Of a stretch of DNA of 64,000 bases, positions 10,777 to 20,457 are shown piece after piece. The notes below the pieces were generated by a model. That model searched no databases. It worked only from the letters and a program-made list of their open reading frames with translations, and had not been told where the DNA came from. This DNA is from Candidatus Aenigmatarchaeota archaeon (GTDB lineage Archaea > Aenigmatarchaeota > Aenigmatarchaeia > QMZP01 > QMZT01). The position numbers and the translations under genes are program-made. The stretch spans positions 640,001 to 704,000 of the forward strand of contig CAVSBQ010000002.1 of NCBI GenBank assembly GCA_963726265.1, given 5' to 3'. The stretch's first letter is position 1; each line of letters starts with the position of its first letter.

Positions 10777-11874
10777 TCAGCGCACGTCAAACCTGATGTT
10801 GCCAGTGTTGCCCAATACGTGCCACCAGCTCAGATAAGGCTGCATGGCAAGCATAAACAATATTATCAATAAAAGGAGGCCGAATTTCTTCCCGTGCGCA
10901 GATGACATCCTGAACAAAAACCCGGAAGAAATCATGCACATGGGAACAACAGCATATGTGCAGAATCTGTCCGGATAAAAAGGTATCAGGACAAGCAAAA
11001 CAAAAAACCATAAAAACAGCATCACATTAAACCTGTCCAGGTCCCTTCTTTTTAAAAAAATACAGATGGACGACACTGAAAACAATGAAACCGGAACCCA
11101 TCCAAGATACTCAAAAAAATACAGCGGGTTCTGCCAAACCAAATTCTCCTGCGGGTTTTGTATTCTCATTGCAGCCGAGCCGAAATATGAAGGCAAAAAA
11201 ACCAGAGTCAGCATGATCAGTGGGATTGAAGCAACCAGAACCTGAATGATAAATTTCGAGCCGGTTTTGAATCTCCATGAATAAATCACCAATGATCCCA
11301 GAATAAGCAAGCCGAAAACGCCATGTGAATATATCGTGATAAGCATCGAAATGATGAATGGCACACGTCTTTTCTGCATGAAAAAATAGATTGCCAGCGG
11401 AAAAAATATCATATCCAGTGCCTGTGGTGTTACCTGCACAGACCTGTCGAAAAAGGCAATAGATGATAGAAGCATGACCGAGACGAAAGCCGCCGGGGCA
11501 ATGCCAGCCTTTTTGTATACAATAAAAACTGAGGCAAATAATGCCAGTGGATAGAATATCATCTGCAGAAGAAGAGCGAACTGAGCAGCGATGCCTAATC
11601 TGATGAACGGCACAAAAATAAGATGAAACAGCGGGGGATACGGACCCATGTTGGGGTTCATAAATTCCTCCTTGAACATGGCATTTTCTCCCCGTGCATA
11701 AGACTCTGCAATTTCAATATGATACCAAAAATCCCCGCCTATCGGTTTCCCGATCGTCATGGATATTGCTGTAGAAAGGAGAAATGACAGGAAGATTGCC
11801 ACGATTGCAAAAAGCAGATAAATTTTATTCTCCGTTCCCTTTGGCAGGATTTTTGCCAGCATGGTATTTTTCAT
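10777..11874 (-). CDS. Polytopic membrane protein, GT-C glycosyltransferase-like
   Basis: About 10 TM segments; GGDFWYH after TM1 and YPPLFH loop. Confidence 0.6.
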   Translation of the reverse strand: MKNTMLAKILPKGTENKIYLLFAIVAIFLSFLLSTAISMTIGKPIGGDFWYHIEIAESYARGENAMFKEEFMNPNMGPYPPLFHLIFVPFIRLGIAAQFALLLQMIFYPLALFASVFIVYKKAGIAPAAFVSVMLLSSIAFFDRSVQVTPQALDMIFFPLAIYFFMQKRRVPFIISMLITIYSHGVFGLLILGSLVIYSWRFKTGSKFIIQVLVASIPLIMLTLVFLPSYFGSAAMRIQNPQENLVWQNPLYFFEYLGWVPVSLFSVSSICIFLKRRDLDRFNVMLFLWFFVLLVLIPFYPDRFCTYAVVPMCMISSGFLFRMSSAHGKKFGLLLLIILFMLAMQPYLSWWHVLGNTGNIRFDVR

Positions 11875-11938
11875 AGAGATCTTCAATTAAGTTTTTATTG
11901 CGTTTAAATTAAAATAAAGCGTCAGGCAGGTGATTCTT

Positions 11939-12769
11939 GTGGCATTTATAAAAGTAAGCCTTGGCTCCTTTGTCGACACGCAACGACAGGTAACCGACAT
12001 ATCATCAAAGAGGCTCGTTACCATTGAAGAAAATTCAAGGCTTCTGGATGTTTTAAGCCTCCTTTTTTCAGAAGGGGTCAGAAAAATCCCGATAATTGAT
12101 AAGGCGGGCAACCTTAAAGGCATCGTGTCATCCATAGACATACTCAGCCTGCTTGGCGGCGGCGACAAACATGAAATTTTCAGGAAAAACATGGGGAGCA
12201 TGGAACTAAAGACGGACAAATTCGCCACAAGACAAGTAAAGACGATACATTTCAGAACGAGCATAAAGAAGGCGCTGGAAACATTCAAGACGGAAAGGAG
12301 CGGCATGTATCCCTTGACTGATTCGAGGAAGCTGATATCCGTAGTCTCTGAATGGGATTTCGTAAAACTGATCGACAGGCCGGTGGGGATAAAGATAGGT
12401 GAAATCATGGTCGAACGGCCGCTTTTCGTTCAAAAGAAGCACACTACGTATGAAGCTGCAAAAATGATGTGCAGGGGCGGCTTCAGGCGCCTGCCTGTAG
12501 TGGAGGAGAACATACTGCTGGGAGTGATAACACCTACCGACATACTTTCCCACGTCAAAAACAGCAGAATCTGGGGCAGCCTTGTTGCGGACAAAACGCG
12601 CGTGGAGCATGTTATGAAAAAGGAAGTGGTCACAGTCAGCGCGGATGATGATTTGTTTACTGCGGCCAGCATCATGAAAGGCAGGCACATTGGCGGCTTG
12701 CCCGTGGTGGATGATGAAGAGCTTGTCGGCATAGTGACCGAAAGGGATATAGTGGATGTATTAGCATGA
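11939..12769 (+). CDS. CBS-domain protein (4 CBS)
   Basis: Repeated RRLPVV/GIVT-type CBS motifs; GGTGA RBS before GTG. Confidence 0.9.
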   Translation: MAFIKVSLGSFVDTQRQVTDISSKRLVTIEENSRLLDVLSLLFSEGVRKIPIIDKAGNLKGIVSSIDILSLLGGGDKHEIFRKNMGSMELKTDKFATRQVKTIHFRTSIKKALETFKTERSGMYPLTDSRKLISVVSEWDFVKLIDRPVGIKIGEIMVERPLFVQKKHTTYEAAKMMCRGGFRRLPVVEENILLGVITPTDILSHVKNSRIWGSLVADKTRVEHVMKKEVVTVSADDDLFTAASIMKGRHIGGLPVVDDEELVGIVTERDIVDVLA

Positions 12770-13227
12770 AAAACAGCAGAATAGATGAAGAGCAGCTCCA
12801 GAACATCATAAAAGAGCTGGCCGAGGCCCTGGTCATAGTCGAAGGCAAAAACGACGAAAAAGCTTTAAAAAGCCTCGGCCTGAAAGATATTATTGCGATC
12901 AAGGGGACGCCGCTCTATAAGGTGGCCGAGGTCGCATTGAGAACAAAAAAAGAAGTCGTGATATTGACTGATTTCGATAAAAAAGGCAGGGAGATGGAAA
13001 AAAAGCTGAGAACCCTGCTTCAAAGGCACGGGAAAATCCCGAATTCGAAATTAAGGTGTAAGGTAATGTCACTGGAAAAAAACAGGATAGAGGATCTGTG
13101 GGGCATTGATACCCACGGGACCATTTCATTCAGGGAGGATGATTTTTATGTCAAAACTAGCACCGACTTCGATAAAATACGTGGTAAAAGCAGAGATAGA
13201 TGCCCAAGGGGTAATAGAAAAACCTGA
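12766..13227 (+). CDS. Small TOPRIM-domain protein (RNase M5-like)
   Basis: IVEGKND and LTDFDKKG motifs. Confidence 0.88.
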   Translation: MKNSRIDEEQLQNIIKELAEALVIVEGKNDEKALKSLGLKDIIAIKGTPLYKVAEVALRTKKEVVILTDFDKKGREMEKKLRTLLQRHGKIPNSKLRCKVMSLEKNRIEDLWGIDTHGTISFREDDFYVKTSTDFDKIRGKSRDRCPRGNRKT

Positions 13228-14428
13228 TGTCATAGGCGCAATATTCGGACAGACAGAAGGCTTGCTTGGTTCTGATCTTGACCTGAGAGAGCTTCAGAGA
13301 ACAGGTAGAATAGGCAGGATAGAAGTCAACATAAATTCTGAAAGGGGCAAATCGCACGGAGAGGTTATAATACCATCGTCGCTTGATTCCGCCGAGACTG
13401 CCCTAATAGCAGCTACGCTGGAGACGATAGAGAGAGTAGGACCATGCATAGCAAAAATAATCCTCAAGTCCGTCGAGGACACGCGTGAACTGAAGAGAAA
13501 GTTCGTCATAGACAAGGCCAAAATCATCCTGAGAGAACTTCTTGAAAAAGGCATACCGGACACGTCAAAAATAGCAGAGGAAATAAAACAAGAAATAAAG
13601 ACCTACGAAATAACCACATATCAAGGCCTCCCATGCGGTCCGGGCATACTGGAATCCGAAGAAACAATCATAGTGGAGGGAAGGGCAGATGTCATAAACC
13701 TCGTGAGATACGGCATAAAGAATGTCATTGCCATTGAAGGCAGTTCCATACCGCAGCAGATAATAAACCTGTCAAGGCAGAAAACAACGACCGCCTTCTT
13801 TGACGGCGACAGGGGAGGAACCCTCAACCTGAAAAGCCTCATGGAAACAACGGACCTGGATTTCGTCGCGATCGCGCCCGAAGGCAAAGAAGTCGAGGAG
13901 CTTTCGAAAAAAGAAGTGTTCAAGGCGCTCAGGGACAAGGTAGCAGCTTCCCAGTTCAGGACGGAAGCCAGGGGAGACAGGCAGAATAACAATGACAGAA
14001 GGGAAAGGCCGGTCGAAAGGCCAGTAGAAAGGCCCGTCGAAAAGCTAAATGAGAGACCCCCGGAAAGGCTAGGCGCCGAACAGCCTAGAGATGTCGAATT
14101 CAGACAGCAGCAGCAAATGCCGCCCAGAAAAATACCAATAACAGATGAGCAGAAAAGGATATTCAAAAAAACACTGGAAGAACTGATAGGCACAAGGGCG
14201 GCATGCATATTCGATTCGTCTTTCAACATACTGGGCAAAGTCCCGACCAAGGAGCTGCATAACACTCTCAAAACTCTGGATAACCCGTATGCAGTCATCT
14301 TTGACGGGCGGGTTGACTACAAACTGGACATAATAGCGAGAAGAAAATCGGTCAAATTTTTGATAGGCATGGAGAAAGATAACATAAAGTCACCCGTCAA
14401 CATCCTGTCAAAAGAGGACATAGAATAA
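13148..14428 (+). CDS. dnaG: Archaeal DnaG (primase-like, exosome-associated)
   Basis: GAIFGQTEGLLG, VEGRADV, DGDRGG; GGAGG RBS. Confidence 0.96.
   Translation: MSKLAPTSIKYVVKAEIDAQGVIEKPDVIGAIFGQTEGLLGSDLDLRELQRTGRIGRIEVNINSERGKSHGEVIIPSSLDSAETALIAATLETIERVGPCIAKIILKSVEDTRELKRKFVIDKAKIILRELLEKGIPDTSKIAEEIKQEIKTYEITTYQGLPCGPGILESEETIIVEGRADVINLVRYGIKNVIAIEGSSIPQQIINLSRQKTTTAFFDGDRGGTLNLKSLMETTDLDFVAIAPEGKEVEELSKKEVFKALRDKVAASQFRTEARGDRQNNNDRRERPVERPVERPVEKLNERPPERLGAEQPRDVEFRQQQQMPPRKIPITDEQKRIFKKTLEELIGTRAACIFDSSFNILGKVPTKELHNTLKTLDNPYAVIFDGRVDYKLDIIARRKSVKFLIGMEKDNIKSPVNILSKEDIE
14003..14043 (+). repeat. 12-bp tandem repeat encoding (ERPV)x3 in the DnaG linker
   Basis: gaaaggccggtc gaaaggccagta gaaaggcccgtc. 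Confidence 0.8.
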
Positions 14429-14486
14429 ATTTATAGGCCGAAAGCCCAATATTCTATATATTCGGTTTAAAAATTCAGGTGAGAGA

Positions 14487-15518
14487 ATGGAAGATTTATT
14501 GAAAAAGCTCGTAATGTCTCCTTCAATTTCAGGCTATGAAAAAAACATAAGAGACACCATGGCTAAGGAATTGAAGCCGTATGTTGATGAAATAAGAATC
14601 GACAAAATAGGCAACCTTATATGCAGGAAGGGTTCCGGTTCCCCTAAAATAATGCTTACCGCACATATGGATGAGCTTGGCCTGATGGTAAAATACATAG
14701 ATGACAGCGGTTTCATAAGATTCGAGACCATAGGAGGCTGGGATCCGAAAATTTTGCTCGCGCAAAAATTCAAAATACATGGCTCAAGCGGCCCTGTCGT
14801 AGGAGTGGTCGGCGCCAAGCCGATCCACCTTCAGGAAAAGGAAGATGTTAAGAATCCCGTTAAGCTGACGGAGATGTTCATTGACATAGGGGCGAAAGAC
14901 AGAAAAGAAGCTGAGAAGATGGGAATAAGGATAGGAGATTATATAACAAATTACGGCGAATTCGACAAACTGGGGCCATCGAAGGTAACAGCTTACGGCT
15001 TTGACGACAGAATAGGATGCCTGGTGATGATAGAAGCCATGAAAAACCTCAAGAAGGTCAAGGGAACTGTATATGCCATCGGGACCGTGAAGGAGGAAAT
15101 AGGCCTAATAGGAATACGGGGGCCGGTTTTCAGCATAAACCCGGACATTGTAATATCACTTGATGTCACAACGTCTGGTGATACCCCTGAACTGAAACCG
15201 TATGATGCCACTTCAAAATTAGGCGGAGGACCAGTTCTTATGATAAAGGATGCAATAAGTATAATACAAACTGAAATGAAGGACTGGGTCGAGGATGTTT
15301 CCAGAAAAAACAAGATAAAATTACAGTTTGACGTAGTTTCCGGTGGCGCTACGGATGCATCGGTGACACCCATGATAAGGGAAGGAGTGCCGTCAATCTC
15401 GATATTGACACCTTCACGTTATCTACACACGCCGGTTGAAGTTGCGGATATGAATGACGTGAAAGAGTCCGTGAAGCTTATAATAGAACTTATTAAGTCG
15501 GCGCATGAACGTTTCTGA
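14487..15518 (+). CDS. M42 family aminopeptidase (TET-like)
   Basis: AHMDE, DDRIG, KEEIG, GGATD, RYLHTP. Confidence 0.94.
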   Translation: MEDLLKKLVMSPSISGYEKNIRDTMAKELKPYVDEIRIDKIGNLICRKGSGSPKIMLTAHMDELGLMVKYIDDSGFIRFETIGGWDPKILLAQKFKIHGSSGPVVGVVGAKPIHLQEKEDVKNPVKLTEMFIDIGAKDRKEAEKMGIRIGDYITNYGEFDKLGPSKVTAYGFDDRIGCLVMIEAMKNLKKVKGTVYAIGTVKEEIGLIGIRGPVFSINPDIVISLDVTTSGDTPELKPYDATSKLGGGPVLMIKDAISIIQTEMKDWVEDVSRKNKIKLQFDVVSGGATDASVTPMIREGVPSISILTPSRYLHTPVEVADMNDVKESVKLIIELIKSAHERF

Positions 15519-15524
15519 TAGTAT

Positions 15525-15917
15525 TCATGAATTTTCTATCAGTCTAACATTTCCACGCATAGGTATAACTTCCAGTTCACCCATATATATCTGCACATCT
15601 CCAACCACATTAATTGATTCTCCTATTTTTATAGCATTTGCATCAATATTTTTTGTTTCCAGCAGCCTTATGGTGTCTTCCCATAAAACAATTTTTATCT
15701 CTCCCGTGGCATCTTGAAGATTCATGAAAATATTACCATCATTTTCACGGATACTCTTCACGAACCCAGTTATATTCACGACCTTTCCAGCGAACGATTT
15801 GTCAATTTCACCTATGTTCACGTGAAGTGAAGATAGGTTGTATGTGACCAAATACAGCAGTATGAAACATACAAAAATACCCGCTACTGATAGTCTGGCC
15901 AGCTTTTTCTCATTCAT
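15525..15917 (-). CDS. Membrane-anchored OB-fold protein
   Basis: N-terminal TM helix; OB-fold pattern (LQDATGEIKIV, VVGDVQIYMGELE). Confidence 0.75.
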   Translation of the reverse strand: MNEKKLARLSVAGIFVCFILLYLVTYNLSSLHVNIGEIDKSFAGKVVNITGFVKSIRENDGNIFMNLQDATGEIKIVLWEDTIRLLETKNIDANAIKIGESINVVGDVQIYMGELEVIPMRGNVRLIENS

Positions 15918-15918
15918 A

Positions 15919-16461
15919 TTATCGCCCCATTTTCCAAACTGCTATATCGCTGTGAATCGGACCTCCGGGTGTCAGGATGCTTGATTTCAGTTTCACCTCG
16001 TTCACGTTCATTTCACCAAAGTTCACGTTTTCGCGATTCTTTATCAGCATTGACAGTGAATCCAGATTCTTTCCTGATTTAACCCTCGCTATGGTCATGT
16101 GGGATGATGTGCTATTTTCGCCAAACTTCACGTTTTCATTCACTTTATTCATGAGAATCTTCATTTTGGCTTCACCGTCTTTGATGCCAACCCAAAGCGT
16201 CCTTATAAAATGAGATTTACCGAAATAGCCGATACCGTACATGGCTATGTTAAAGGGACATTCATTTTCAATGAATGCAAGCGATTTTTTAATAATCTCC
16301 ACTTCACATTCCTTCACTTCGCCGATGAATTTAAGTGTGAAGTGCATTTGTGCCGGTTCCACCAGTTTTAAATCCGACTCTGTCGATACAAGTTCTCTCT
16401 GTAACCTGACAATGGCATCTTTAAGGCCTTCGTCAACATCTACGCATATGAAACATCTCAT
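15919..16461 (-). CDS. thpR: RNA 2',3'-cyclic phosphodiesterase (2H family)
   Basis: HFTLKF and HMTIAR motifs; SSILTPGGPIH. Confidence 0.92.
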   Translation of the reverse strand: MRCFICVDVDEGLKDAIVRLQRELVSTESDLKLVEPAQMHFTLKFIGEVKECEVEIIKKSLAFIENECPFNIAMYGIGYFGKSHFIRTLWVGIKDGEAKMKILMNKVNENVKFGENSTSSHMTIARVKSGKNLDSLSMLIKNRENVNFGEMNVNEVKLKSSILTPGGPIHSDIAVWKMGR

Positions 16462-16607
16462 ATGAAATATAAACAATTTCTATATAAATTGATTTCACAC
16501 CACTCATTTGAATCATATTCTTTCACATAACTTCACGAAAAGCATTTAAATATAATTATGAATTATATGAAAATATGAACAAGAATATGAACTTTGGTGA
16601 AGGATAC

Positions 16608-17672
16608 ATGAAGTTGTTTAACTGGAAGGACAATCCCTTCAACTTCAAGATAATGCCGAACCTTTTCGTCGGTTACCCCAGAGAGACAGAAAAACTGGCA
16701 AACAGCATACACAGCAACCACAAAATCTCCATCCTCATAGGCCCCACCGGCTCGGGAAAAACAACCTTTCTCAGATTCCTTGCAAAAACATTTGAAAAAA
16801 ACAGGAAAATTTTTTACCTATCCAAGCCACCGAACAACCCGGATGACTGGGTAAAAATATTCACGAACTTCATAGGCCCCGGAACGATTGGAAGATTGTT
16901 TTCACGCACGAAAAACGTGAACATATACAATCTGAGCGAATGGACAAACAGCAGGATGAAAAACAAAAAAATGATATTATTTGTCGATGAAAGCCATGAA
17001 GCAAGCACGGAAACGTTGGAATGGCTGAGAACTCTCGCAGACCAGATAGATAATCTTTCGGTGGTAATTGCGGGCCTGCCTGTTCTGGAGACAATGCTCG
17101 TGGACAAGCTTGAAACCTTCATGAGAAGATCGAACCTGAAAATCGAGCTCACAAGCCTGACAAAATCGGAGACAAGAGAACTTATCAAAAAGAGGATAGA
17201 ATGGGCAGGCGGCGAGGACATAAAACCCTTCACTTCGGAAACCGTGGAGCGCATATATGAAAAAACAGGCGGCTTCCCCAGGGAAGTCATAAGAATGTGC
17301 AACGACCTTGTGCAAAAGGCCATAGAAGAAAACATAACATCGATAGACATGGATTTCCTCGGCGATTCTGATTTTCTCATGCATGCTGCGCACAGGCACC
17401 ACCACAGGATCCCGCTCAGTTCGCTGGACTCCATGCCGTCGAAACAAAAAAATATTATTGAGATATTGTGGAAATACGGAGAACTTACTCCGGCCGAGAT
17501 AGTCGATAAAATGGACATGGATGATTACAAAAACAAGGATAATGCCATACGCTCCATAAATAACATCGTTAAAAGACTCGTTAAAGACGGCACCATCATA
17601 AGAAAGCGCAGAGGGAAAAGCTATCAGTATCTGCTTTCTGACAAAATGAGAACTTTAATGGTGCACGCATAA
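16608..17672 (+). CDS. AAA+ ATPase with C-terminal winged helix (ExeA/Cdc6-like architecture)
   Basis: GPTGSGKT, LFVDE, GGFPRE lid motif, C-terminal wHTH; GGTGA RBS favours start 16608 (alternative 16575). Confidence 0.85.
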   Translation: MKLFNWKDNPFNFKIMPNLFVGYPRETEKLANSIHSNHKISILIGPTGSGKTTFLRFLAKTFEKNRKIFYLSKPPNNPDDWVKIFTNFIGPGTIGRLFSRTKNVNIYNLSEWTNSRMKNKKMILFVDESHEASTETLEWLRTLADQIDNLSVVIAGLPVLETMLVDKLETFMRRSNLKIELTSLTKSETRELIKKRIEWAGGEDIKPFTSETVERIYEKTGGFPREVIRMCNDLVQKAIEENITSIDMDFLGDSDFLMHAAHRHHHRIPLSSLDSMPSKQKNIIEILWKYGELTPAEIVDKMDMDDYKNKDNAIRSINNIVKRLVKDGTIIRKRRGKSYQYLLSDKMRTLMVHA

Positions 17673-17724
17673 ATTTAAATAAGCTGCCCATATTATAAAT
17701 ATCATTATCGGGGGAGGGTTTTTT

Positions 17725-17988
17725 ATGGCGGAAGAAAGAGTGCGAAGCAGGGACCTTGTAGGCAAGATTCTGATTTCAGAGGAAAGCGGGAAGAAATTCG
17801 GCGTTGTTGGCGACCTTGATTACATAGTTGAATCCGGCGAGCTGATAAACCTGGTTCTCGTTCAGCCGACGAAACACGCAAGCGAACTTAACCTGCAGGA
17901 AGATGACAAAGGCAGGACGCTTGTCCCGTTCTCTGCAGTCAAGTCGGTCGGGGATTTCGTCATCGTATCCGAAAAGGATATAATCTAA
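17725..17988 (+). CDS. PRC-barrel protein (CdpB-like)
   Basis: 87 aa; GKKFGVVGDL and VPFSAVKSVGDFVIV. Confidence 0.88.
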   Translation: MAEERVRSRDLVGKILISEESGKKFGVVGDLDYIVESGELINLVLVQPTKHASELNLQEDDKGRTLVPFSAVKSVGDFVIVSEKDII

Positions 17989-18059
17989 AATACGCCCTTC
18001 CGATATTTTCTATATTTTTAGATATAGATTTAAATTTTGACCCAGTCAAATATATAATC

Positions 18060-18362
18060 ATGGCCGGCAAAGACTACTATAAGAAAACCATAAAAAACGT
18101 TATGCAGATATTCAGTCTGCTCAAAGAAGCCAATGCAAGAAACGAGCTTCTTACCGTATCAAAAATTTCAAAGCTTACGGGTCTGCACAAATGGACCGTA
18201 TCCCGGACTTTGGATTTGTATATGTCGCCTTATGTCGAAATAACAATTCCAGAAGGCTTCGATGACGTAGGACTCAGGATTAAATTCGTGCGCCTGAAAA
18301 ACAAAAACATGACAAGGGAGCAAGTGCTGAGGTTTCTGAATATCAGAAGTCTCACTTTTTAG
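18060..18362 (+). CDS. Small HTH protein
   Basis: [20 protein letters not shown] helix-turn-helix. Confidence 0.7.
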   Translation: MAGKDYYKKTIKNVMQIFSLLKEANARNELLTVSKISKLTGLHKWTVSRTLDLYMSPYVEITIPEGFDDVGLRIKFVRLKNKNMTREQVLRFLNIRSLTF

Positions 18363-19326
18363 AGCCTTCTTCTACATCCCTCACGCCCTCGCCTAGGACC
18401 CTGAAAACTATTTCGCCCTCAGGCAGGTTTGGCGAGTCTATGAGCTTCGCTATCCTTTTGTCTTCCTTGGATTTCCTCAGATAAACTCTGTAGGTAGCTT
18501 GGTGGCCGACTATATGACCTCCTATGGGAGTGGTCGGGTCGCCGAATAGGACGTCGGGCCTTGACATGACCTGATTGGTCACGTAGATGGCAAGATTGTA
18601 GACGTCAGCAAGCCTCTGCAGCTTGTGCATGTGCCTGTTAAGCTTCTGCTGGCGGTCAGCAAGCGTTCCACGACCGGTGTAATCGGACCTGAAGGCCGAT
18701 GTGAGCGAATCGACCACTATAAGCTTGACGTTTTCCTTCTTGATGAGCTCTTCGGCCTTCTCGATGAGAATCACCTGATGGTCAGAGTTGTAAGCCCTCC
18801 CCACGAATATGTTTTCCATCACTTTATCCGGGTCAAGATCAAGACCTTCTGCCATCTGCTTTATCCTTTCAGGCCTGAATGTCTGCTCGGTATCTATGAA
18901 TATGACCTTTCCGTCCAGCCCGCCCCTTTCCCGTGGAAGCTGCACGGTGACCGAAAGCTGGTGGGCAAGCTGGGACTTGCCCGAGCCGTATGCGCCATGC
19001 ATTTCTGTTATTGCCTGAGTCTCGACGCCACCGCCAAGCAGTTTGTCCAGCTCTTTTGAGCACGTGGTTATTTTTCCCAGGCTTTCTCTTTTGATCATGA
19101 CGTCCTTCGCTGTTTCGAAACCCATCTTGAGCTTCTGTCTAGCTCCGGCTATTATTTTGTTTGCAGTATCAACGCCTATGCCCGTTGCCGCGACAAGCTC
19201 GCCGGCCGAAGCGGCAGCTATACCCATTAGATTATCATAACCGGCTTCTATGAATTTTTCAAGGGTTTTTTCACCGACTCCGGGAAGACTCTCTATATCC
19301 TTATTGACGTCCGTTTCTTTTGCCAT
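18352..19326 (-). CDS. radA: Recombinase RadA
   Basis: N-terminal Hh[24 protein letters not shown]. Confidence 0.98.
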   Translation of the reverse strand: MAKETDVNKDIESLPGVGEKTLEKFIEAGYDNLMGIAAASAGELVAATGIGVDTANKIIAGARQKLKMGFETAKDVMIKRESLGKITTCSKELDKLLGGGVETQAITEMHGAYGSGKSQLAHQLSVTVQLPRERGGLDGKVIFIDTEQTFRPERIKQMAEGLDLDPDKVMENIFVGRAYNSDHQVILIEKAEELIKKENVKLIVVDSLTSAFRSDYTGRGTLADRQQKLNRHMHKLQRLADVYNLAIYVTNQVMSRPDVLFGDPTTPIGGHIVGHQATYRVYLRKSKEDKRIAKLIDSPNLPEGEIVFRVLGEGVRDVEEGSKK

Positions 19327-19355
19327 ACCAACACCTCACACCAGGGGTTTATATT

Positions 19356-20381
19356 TCATTTGGGTATTTTAATTTTCAATGCGTCTATTTTTGCGAGCAG
19401 GCTCTCGGATTCCTCCCTCGGTTTTATCTCTTCAGCGTCGTTTGCAACAATTTCCAGTTTTTCCGAGAACTGGTTTTTCTTCACTCTGCCTTTTATCATG
19501 AATTCCCTGCCAAGTTGTATATTTTCATAAATTTCCGTAAGCTTTCCGGTCTTGGCATTTTTCAGGTCCTTTGCGGCATCGCCGACAATCTTTTCGGCCA
19601 GCTCCCTGAAGAAAACGACGCGTATATTGCCGGTTCCGTCATCAAGAACACCGGAAACAACAAGATTGCGCTTCGGCTCGACCTGGCCGTGCTCCTTGCA
19701 TTTCCATACATTCCCATCATTCTCCAGCCGCGCCTCGCATTTGGGACACACGTCGTAGAAGGGAGTCCTTTCAAACACCTGAACAAGCGAGGCCCTGACC
19801 TCGCAGTATTCCTCCTCTTTCAGTTCGGAGATGTTTTTTGTCTTGAGTGAATCGAAACTGTCCTCCATCTCGCTTATTGCCGGCATTTCCTCATCCGATT
19901 TAGCCATCCTGCCGAACCTGCCAAGGTGTATTTCGATCTCGCCTCTCCCGTTCTCCTTGATATAGCCGTTCCTTATGCTTATCACGTCGCCGCTGTTTAC
20001 ATCCAGCTTGCTGATCCAGTCTATTTCGCTGTCCCAGAGCGGAAGCCTTAGCATCCCCGTTTCGTCGCCAAGCATGACATTAACAACACCTCTCGTTTTA
20101 CCGTCCCTTTCGAAATCCCTCCGGTTCGATATCCTGACAACCCTTCCCATGACATCAACCGATCGCATGCCTACGGTGACGTTTTTTATTTTCAGCCGGC
20201 GGTTGGGCACGTCTTTCACGAGGTTCACTCCGAGTTCCTTGCCGACAATGTAGGCAGCCCCTTCGGGCGAAACAAGGCCAGAGAGTTCCAGCAGCTTATC
20301 CTCTATTTTTTCATTTACTTCATGCTCGGCCAGGCCGGATGCCCTTGATATTTCCTTTACCATATCCTTGAATGAGAACAT
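19356..20381 (-). CDS. rpa: Replication protein A subunit (OB folds plus Zn finger)
   Basis: GDETG and DDGTG OB-fold motifs; CPKC...CKEH. Confidence 0.88.
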   Translation of the reverse strand: MFSFKDMVKEISRASGLAEHEVNEKIEDKLLELSGLVSPEGAAYIVGKELGVNLVKDVPNRRLKIKNVTVGMRSVDVMGRVVRISNRRDFERDGKTRGVVNVMLGDETGMLRLPLWDSEIDWISKLDVNSGDVISIRNGYIKENGRGEIEIHLGRFGRMAKSDEEMPAISEMEDSFDSLKTKNISELKEEEYCEVRASLVQVFERTPFYDVCPKCEARLENDGNVWKCKEHGQVEPKRNLVVSGVLDDGTGNIRVVFFRELAEKIVGDAAKDLKNAKTGKLTEIYENIQLGREFMIKGRVKKNQFSEKLEIVANDAEEIKPREESESLLAKIDALKIKIPK

Positions 20382-20457
20382 ACTAAACCCTGAGTAAAGA
20401 TTGAGAATTAAGTATAAAAGTTTATGTTTAAACGCCATTCTGCAGGTTTCTCGGATT

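Larger units (their letters stand above)
15524..16612. repeat. Oriented TTCAY/RTGAA pentamer field
   Basis: 18 TTCAC and 8 TTCAT counted on + between 15524 and 16536, then 6 RTGAA at 16558-16612. Confidence 0.8.

Noticed and set aside
15524..16612. CRISPR array or canonical ORB origin as an explanation of the repeats
   Set aside because: The units are 5-mers with no 25-40 bp repeat-spacer period, no cas genes are present, and no ORB/G-string consensus was seen.
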